Assembly (NCBI GenBank): GCA_964566535.1
Contig: CAZMIO010000005.1
Span: 3,271 to 67,270, forward strand
DNA: 64,000 nucleotides
Direction of reading: 5' to 3'
DNA from: an uncultured Methanosarcinales archaeon
GTDB taxonomy: Archaea; Nanobdellota; Nanobdellia; Woesearchaeales; CAZOXR01
Numbering within the stretch: the first letter of the stretch is position 1; every line of letters starts with the position of its first letter. Below are positions 58,698 through 64,000 of this stretch, in pieces. The notes beneath the pieces were generated by a model. It was not told where the DNA came from and made no database searches. It worked only from the letters and a program-made list of their open reading frames with translations. The position numbers and the translations under genes are program-made.

Positions 58698-60246
58698 GAG
58701 AATACACCCTCACAATTTCATTTGGATAGATTAGTGTAGCATTTGCGAGTACATTGGCCTCCCATTGTTGGAGTTGATTTACTGCATCTTGCTGACCTAA
58801 TGTGATGAAGTCCGAATAGTCAACTAAAACATGCGTTGCTGTATCTGCATTTGTTGTAGTTATTATTTGATTGTCATATAATACGTGTTTGAATGCTAAG
58901 CTATGTAACCATTTCTTTTTGTTATATGCAACTGTGCCTACAAGCAAGGTGTGGGACTCTTCTGGAAGATTCTCCCTCATCCATAATGCTGCATCATATT
59001 CGGCTTGGCTTAACCTAGTAATTCCCTGGTAAGATTGTTTTAGTTCTGAGATGACAGGTTGAGCATTAAAAAATAATGCTAAGATTATGAATATTACAAC
59101 AACCCCATATTTAAGGTAAGTTTTCTGCTCTTTTGGTAATTTGAAGAATGAAGGGATTGTGATTAACCCAATAGCGATTAGAATTGAAAAAAGTTGTGCT
59201 TCTATTTGCAAGAACCTAAAGTTCCGATCTCCCCCTAGTACATCCATATGCAAAAAAAGATACAATGTTATTAAAAATGATAGTATTAAGAGGTCTTGTT
59301 TTTTTCTCCTGATTAAAAGGGTGATTAAACCTAATATTAAGAGGGGGAGGGTCCAAAATCCACCATAGATATAGCTATAAGAGAAATATGATTCTGGAAC
59401 TGAGGACGTATACTCATCATAAAATTTAAACCAATGGACCATGTCCTTTACTTTATCAAAATTTAATTTGAAAAATTCTTCCCCATATACTACGTCTTGT
59501 CCACCCACACCTAGATTGCTCAATATTATCTTAAATTGAAATGGTGCTAATAAGATAACGAAGACTAACATTAAGAATACTAAGATTGAAATATCTTTAA
59601 TCTTAAACGGTAGTTTCCTGTTCTTGATAAAGAGTACAGCTGAATAAATAAAAATAAATGCTACTGATAGGAACAACATTTGGGGGTGGAATGTGTAGGA
59701 TATTGCAATAAGCAGGATTGTTAGTACCATATATTTGGTACGTTCTTTTTTCTCATGGTATAAATCAATGAACTTGTAATAAGAGTATGCTATCAATGGG
59801 AAGAAAGCGAATGCTATTGTCTGAGGCCACAGGCCCCATAGATAGTACATAATATCACGTCTTGAGAATACCATAAAGAAAGCTGCTACAACAGCCGGGA
59901 GGAATCCATATAGCTTTCTTGTGATAAAATATATGGAAATTATAGCTGAAGAAGAGAGAATGGCTAAAAGCAGATAAACAGGAATTATTCTTTGGCCTCC
60001 AACTACTTGAGCAATTGCTTCATTTGTGTTGAATTGTGGCGGATAAGCGAAATATTTCTCTGGGATTGTGTATGTTAGGTAGAATGGCAGTTTGTAGATT
60101 GATTTATCGTAGCTTGCCATATAGTCTCCTGAAGTAAAGTGAACAGAAGAATCAACATCACCAAATGGTAAGTTAGTTATTGGCAATGACCATATGTAAA
60201 CTGCAAATAAGAAAATTATGACTAAGACTATATCTTTTTTACCCAT
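58684..60246 (-). CDS. Multi-pass GT-C-like membrane protein, copy B
   Basis: GDVDSSVH, YPP, YFITRK, WGLWP, HP, ALWMREN; probable start MGKK at 60246. Confidence 0.72.
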   Translation of the reverse strand: MGKKDIVLVIIFLFAVYIWSLPITNLPFGDVDSSVHFTSGDYMASYDKSIYKLPFYLTYTIPEKYFAYPPQFNTNEAIAQVVGGQRIIPVYLLLAILSSSAIISIYFITRKLYGFLPAVVAAFFMVFSRRDIMYYLWGLWPQTIAFAFFPLIAYSYYKFIDLYHEKKERTKYMVLTILLIAISYTFHPQMLFLSVAFIFIYSAVLFIKNRKLPFKIKDISILVFLMLVFVILLAPFQFKIILSNLGVGGQDVVYGEEFFKLNFDKVKDMVHWFKFYDEYTSSVPESYFSYSYIYGGFWTLPLLILGLITLLIRRKKQDLLILSFLITLYLFLHMDVLGGDRNFRFLQIEAQLFSILIAIGLITIPSFFKLPKEQKTYLKYGVVVIFIILALFFNAQPVISELKQSYQGITRLSQAEYDAALWMRENLPEESHTLLVGTVAYNKKKWLHSLAFKHVLYDNQIITTTNADTATHVLVDYSDFITLGQQDAVNQLQQWEANVLANATLIYPNEIVRVYSLETK

Positions 60247-60331
60247 TCGTTTTCGTAAATAATGTCTTTTAATAAAATTTTCGTATTTTGAATAAGAAAA
60301 TTTAAATAAGCTCTTATGGTGCCTTGTTGAA

Positions 60332-61744
60332 ATGAAAATAGCTATTATCAATCCTCCGAATATTGGGGATTTTCAAGCGAATAGAGATCTTATGGGGGGA
60401 TTTGGATGCGCAAGTATGAAGAGTATGATTGTGAATCCTCCTTCTTTGAATTCTTTGTACGTTGCTTCTATCTTAAAGAAAGATAACGAGGTAAAGTATA
60501 TTGATTGTGCTGCTTTGGACCTAGATAAAGATCAATTGATGAATAAAATCAAGGAGTGTGGGCCTGAATTGATTATTGTTAGTGTTGGTTCTGCAACTTA
60601 TGATTATGACCTTAAGGTTATTTCTGAGATTAAAGATATTGGAGGAGTATGTATTATTATTGGTCCCCAAGGGGCTGCTTCACCTGAGTATGCGCTGAAG
60701 AATTCTAAGGTAGATATTGTTGTTTTAGGAGAACCTGAATTAATAATCAGTGATATTGTTGAAAAAGTTAAGAAAAAAGAAAGTTATTCTGAGATAGAGG
60801 GGATTGCTTACAGAAAGGAAGGAGAGGTTATTAAAAATAAAGCGAGGGAGCACATCAAGGAACTTGATAAGCTGCCTTACCCTTCATGGGAGCTATTGCC
60901 ATTTGAGAAGTATAGTTACCAAAATCCCAAAGATAGGCCTCATCTTGCAATTTTGTCTTCGAGAGGTTGTCCTTTTAGCTGTATCTATTGTCCGTATCCA
61001 GTCACCCAAGGAACTAATTTGAGATTAAGAGGGGCTGAAGAAGTTGTTAATGAGATAAAATATTTGGTTGAGAAGTTTGACTTAAAGTCTTTGATGTTTA
61101 GGGATCCTTGCTTGACTGCCAGTAAAGAGCATATGATTAAGATTTGCCAGTTGATTATTGAGAAAGGGATAAAAATAAAATGGTGGTGTGAGACTGCAAC
61201 AAGCACTGTTGATGATGGGTTGTTGAAGATGATGCATGAATCTGGATGCAGGGGAATCAACTTTGGAGTGGAGAGTGGGAATTTAGACTTCTCATCAGAG
61301 TATGCTAAGAAAACTGGCGGCATGGAAAAGGCAATTGGTGCTTTTAATTTGTGCAGGAAGTATGAGATTGAAACAACTGCTTTTTTTATTTTAGGGCTGC
61401 CAGGTGAAACTGAAGAGACAATAAAAGACACTATTAATTTTGCTATTAAACTTGAACCAGATTATGTTGATTTTCATTGTGCTTCCCCTTATCCTGGGAC
61501 AAAGTTGTATGATATTATGAGGGAGAAAGGGGAGATAAAGGAAGAGTTTCATAAGGATTTAACTGGGCATACTGCTTTTTCATCTACAGAACATATATCA
61601 AAGGATAGACTTAGAGAATTTGTAGGTATAGCCTATCAAAGATTTTATAGGAGACCTTCAAGAGTTTTGTATGAGTTAAGGAATAGGCCATTATGGTTCC
61701 TTCAGAGAATAATGGGGTATTTTAAGTTTAAGAAGATAAATTAG
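60332..61744 (+). CDS. Cobalamin-binding radical SAM protein (class B methyltransferase-like)
   Basis: N-terminal B12-binding-like domain, GEPE, SSRGCPFSCIYC, FGVESG, FILGLPGET, PYPGT. Confidence 0.92.
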   Translation: MKIAIINPPNIGDFQANRDLMGGFGCASMKSMIVNPPSLNSLYVASILKKDNEVKYIDCAALDLDKDQLMNKIKECGPELIIVSVGSATYDYDLKVISEIKDIGGVCIIIGPQGAASPEYALKNSKVDIVVLGEPELIISDIVEKVKKKESYSEIEGIAYRKEGEVIKNKAREHIKELDKLPYPSWELLPFEKYSYQNPKDRPHLAILSSRGCPFSCIYCPYPVTQGTNLRLRGAEEVVNEIKYLVEKFDLKSLMFRDPCLTASKEHMIKICQLIIEKGIKIKWWCETATSTVDDGLLKMMHESGCRGINFGVESGNLDFSSEYAKKTGGMEKAIGAFNLCRKYEIETTAFFILGLPGETEETIKDTINFAIKLEPDYVDFHCASPYPGTKLYDIMREKGEIKEEFHKDLTGHTAFSSTEHISKDRLREFVGIAYQRFYRRPSRVLYELRNRPLWFLQRIMGYFKFKKIN

Positions 61745-62690
61745 GTTTCTTTTTGTCTTTTATCCAGGATATTAAGAATCCTGCTAATGCTCTGGGGATC
61801 ATACTGATAAATAAAAGTAGCATTGAGATCCCTATAATTTCTTCTTTAATCAATCCAAAGGGTGTAAATAGGGCTAGTAAAGTAATGTCTCTGCTGCCCA
61901 CTCCCAGTATTGAGATTGGGATTAATTCAATTATTCCGATGATGGGCATTAATAGTAAGAAATGGATTATGGGTATTTTTAATCCCAGGGCTAATGCGAT
62001 GAAGAAAGGGGTAGTGTAAGTTATAACCCATGCTATGAAGTCAACTAAAAGGTAAATTAGAAAAGACTTATGTTTTCCCACTAGGGATATTATTTCTTGG
62101 AAAGCATGATAAACTTCTCTTGCTTTTTCCTGGAATTTTTTAGGTATTAAGAAATAGAATGGTTTTATTAGTAGCCTTGTGTACTTTGTTATACTGAACA
62201 GAGCTATTATGAACAAAGTGATTACAACCAGCCACAAAGGGAAGAGAATATGATTTAATTGTGGGAAGATGATTATTGCTAATGATATGCTTATCATGGC
62301 TGTTAGAATTAAGTTTAGGAAGTCGATAATTCTATCAAATATTGATATTGAGAAGCACTTTTTCATTTCGATATTAGTCTTGTTCCTTAAGTCCATTATC
62401 TTTACGAAGTCTCCTGCTTTACTAGGAGTAATAGCACCAAATGCAAATCCAATGAGATATGTTTGTAAAGCATTAGTTAGCTTGTAGGATTTGTTGAAAA
62501 CATTAATTAGGATTTTCCATTTTGTTGCTCTGATTATAACCTCAACAACTGCAACTAAGAATGCTATTCCTAGGAATAGCAAGGACGAATTTAATATAAG
62601 TATTAATGATTGGGTAATGTCTATCCTAGATAGTACAAAAATGAAAATAAGTATTCCAATTATTGAGAAGTATTTCATTGATATTTTCAT
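61728..62690 (-). CDS. Lysylphosphatidylglycerol-synthase TM/UPF0104 flippase-like protein
   Basis: RATKW, TPSKAGDFVK, SIFDR, PISILGVGSRD. Confidence 0.88.
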   Translation of the reverse strand: MKISMKYFSIIGILIFIFVLSRIDITQSLILILNSSLLFLGIAFLVAVVEVIIRATKWKILINVFNKSYKLTNALQTYLIGFAFGAITPSKAGDFVKIMDLRNKTNIEMKKCFSISIFDRIIDFLNLILTAMISISLAIIIFPQLNHILFPLWLVVITLFIIALFSITKYTRLLIKPFYFLIPKKFQEKAREVYHAFQEIISLVGKHKSFLIYLLVDFIAWVITYTTPFFIALALGLKIPIIHFLLLMPIIGIIELIPISILGVGSRDITLLALFTPFGLIKEEIIGISMLLLFISMIPRALAGFLISWIKDKKKPNLSS

Positions 62691-63688
62691 TTTTGCTCTT
62701 TGACTCTCCTAAGTTGGTCTTGTTTTTTCAATTGATATTTATTTGTTAATATTCCTTTGATAAATCCTGAGCCATATGAAAGATGAGTTAATATTATGCC
62801 GATAAAAACGTAGATGGACCTTCTTATGGGCTTTAACTTTATGCTTTCTTTGAAAACAATTAGTAAGTAGATTGTGATTATCATTAGGTAAATCCATTTA
62901 GTTATGTCTGAGTAAAGAGCTAGTATGAATCCTATGACTACGCCTAAAACAAATAATGAGGGCAGGAAGTAGAAAAGTTTGTCAAAAGAAAATGATTCTT
63001 TGAACAGAAATGCTTTGTTTCTTCCTTCTGTGAAAACTCTTTTTGTGTGGGGCCAGAATAATGGCCTTCTCTTGTGGTAAACTGCTACATTTGGAGTGAA
63101 GATTACCTTTTTTTGTTTTTTATTTATGTTGAAGCAAAGTTTTGAATCTTCTGAGGTTAATTGGTATGGATCAAAGCCGCCAATTTCTTCGAAAATGTCT
63201 TTTCTTACAAAAAGATTAGATGTTGCGATTTCTTTATATTCGTAAGTTCCTTTGATCTTGTATTTTCTTATTGGATAGTTTCCTCCTGCACAGAGATTTG
63301 AGTAGATTACATCTGCAGATGTTTTTTCTAGCAGTGATGTTTTCGGAGGTACGTGGTTTGGTCCCCCAACTGCTGCTACTTCTTTGTCTTGGAAGAAAGG
63401 TATTGTGTTTTTAATCCAATCTTTTGAATCAGGGTATGCATCTGAATCGATGAAAGCAATTATTTGAGAATCTGATTCTTTAACTCCAATATTTCTTTTT
63501 TCAGATGGGTATATTGGGCCTGTTGGGATAACTCTGCATTTTTTGAAGTCTTTTTCTAGTTTATTGTCTGGAAGCAGGAGAATTTCATAATTTTTGTAAT
63601 CTTGCTTTTGGCACTCTGTAATGCATTTTTCGACTATTTTGCTTAGTTCTTTAAAAGGAATTATTATTGTAACTTTAGGTAATTTCAT
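62687..63688 (-). CDS. GT2 glycosyltransferase with C-terminal TMs
   Basis: IIIP, RNIG, FIDSD, VGG, NL..RK..FE.IGGFD, SED, VYH. Confidence 0.92.
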   Translation of the reverse strand: MKLPKVTIIIPFKELSKIVEKCITECQKQDYKNYEILLLPDNKLEKDFKKCRVIPTGPIYPSEKRNIGVKESDSQIIAFIDSDAYPDSKDWIKNTIPFFQDKEVAAVGGPNHVPPKTSLLEKTSADVIYSNLCAGGNYPIRKYKIKGTYEYKEIATSNLFVRKDIFEEIGGFDPYQLTSEDSKLCFNINKKQKKVIFTPNVAVYHKRRPLFWPHTKRVFTEGRNKAFLFKESFSFDKLFYFLPSLFVLGVVIGFILALYSDITKWIYLMIITIYLLIVFKESIKLKPIRRSIYVFIGIILTHLSYGSGFIKGILTNKYQLKKQDQLRRVKEQK

Positions 63689-63773
63689 ATTGAGGGGGCT
63701 TTTATGGATGTTTAAAAATTTTGTTTTTATCTAATAGAAAATTTTATATTTAGTCAGTTATGCGTTAAATACG

Positions 63774-64000
63774 ATGAAAACAGTTGTTATTGTTCCTACT
63801 TACAATGAGAAAGAGAATATTAGGAAGCTAGTTATTGAGATTCTAAGGAATGAAGTTGAGGTGGTTGTTGTAGATGATAATAGCCCTGATAGTACTTGGA
63901 AGATTGTTGAGGAGATGGGTAAGGAAGATAAGAGGGTTCATTTGTTGTTAAGGACTAAGAATAAGGGGAGGGGCTTGGCTGGTGTTGATGGGTTTAAGTG
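63774..64000 (+). CDS. Dolichol/polyprenol-phosphate mannose synthase-like GT2 (5' part; runs off window, absent from ORF track)
   Basis: MKTVVIVPTYNEKENI...VVDDNSPDST...NKGRGLAGVDGF. Confidence 0.88.
   Translation, partial: MKTVVIVPTYNEKENIRKLVIEILRNEVEVVVVDDNSPDSTWKIVEEMGKEDKRVHLLLRTKNKGRGLAGVDGFK

Noticed and set aside
17643-63000. Numerous 60-170 aa ORFs antisense to or out of frame within long genes (e.g. 17643-17978, 22063-22581, 33743-34141, 44046-44405, 60985-61431)
   Set aside because: They overlap genes with clear family motifs, lack motifs of their own, and are expected from the strong strand skew reducing stop codons in shadow frames

Overview
Archaeal genome window, most consistent with DPANN (Woesearchaeota/Nanobdellota-like), judged from the 16S/23S sequences, LonB, Kae1, NAC, Sec61-beta, class III signal-peptide pilins and a TATA box about 22-27 nt upstream of many start codons. 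Layout: (1-7.4 kb) a Cys-rich surface protein missed by the ORF track, Lrp, ahcY, a KaiC-like/pilin gene-fragment junction, a pilin, secG, nac, a MinD-like ATPase and an intron-containing tRNA-His; (7.4-11 kb) a 1184-aa secreted mosaic protein whose C-terminus looks like the dockerin + FlgD-Ig tail of Poribacteria proteins; (11.3-16.1 kb) a 16S-tRNA-Ala-23S operon with three bulge-helix-bulge (BHB) introns, two in tRNA-Ala and a 91-nt one in 23S helix 89; (16.2-24 kb) housekeeping genes including an uncalled eL41; (24-64 kb) a very large surface-glycosylation region. That region holds an ADP-heptose operon (hldD, hldA, gmhB, hldC, GT9) with an embedded dolichol/phytol-kinase-family gene, four GT-C-type membrane proteins, five GT2s, two radical SAM enzymes, and an ~8 kb block of unrelated genes between rfbF and an rfbG-like gene. 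No CRISPR array, transposase, integrase, reverse transcriptase or 5S rRNA was recognised. All family assignments come from motif recognition, not database searches.
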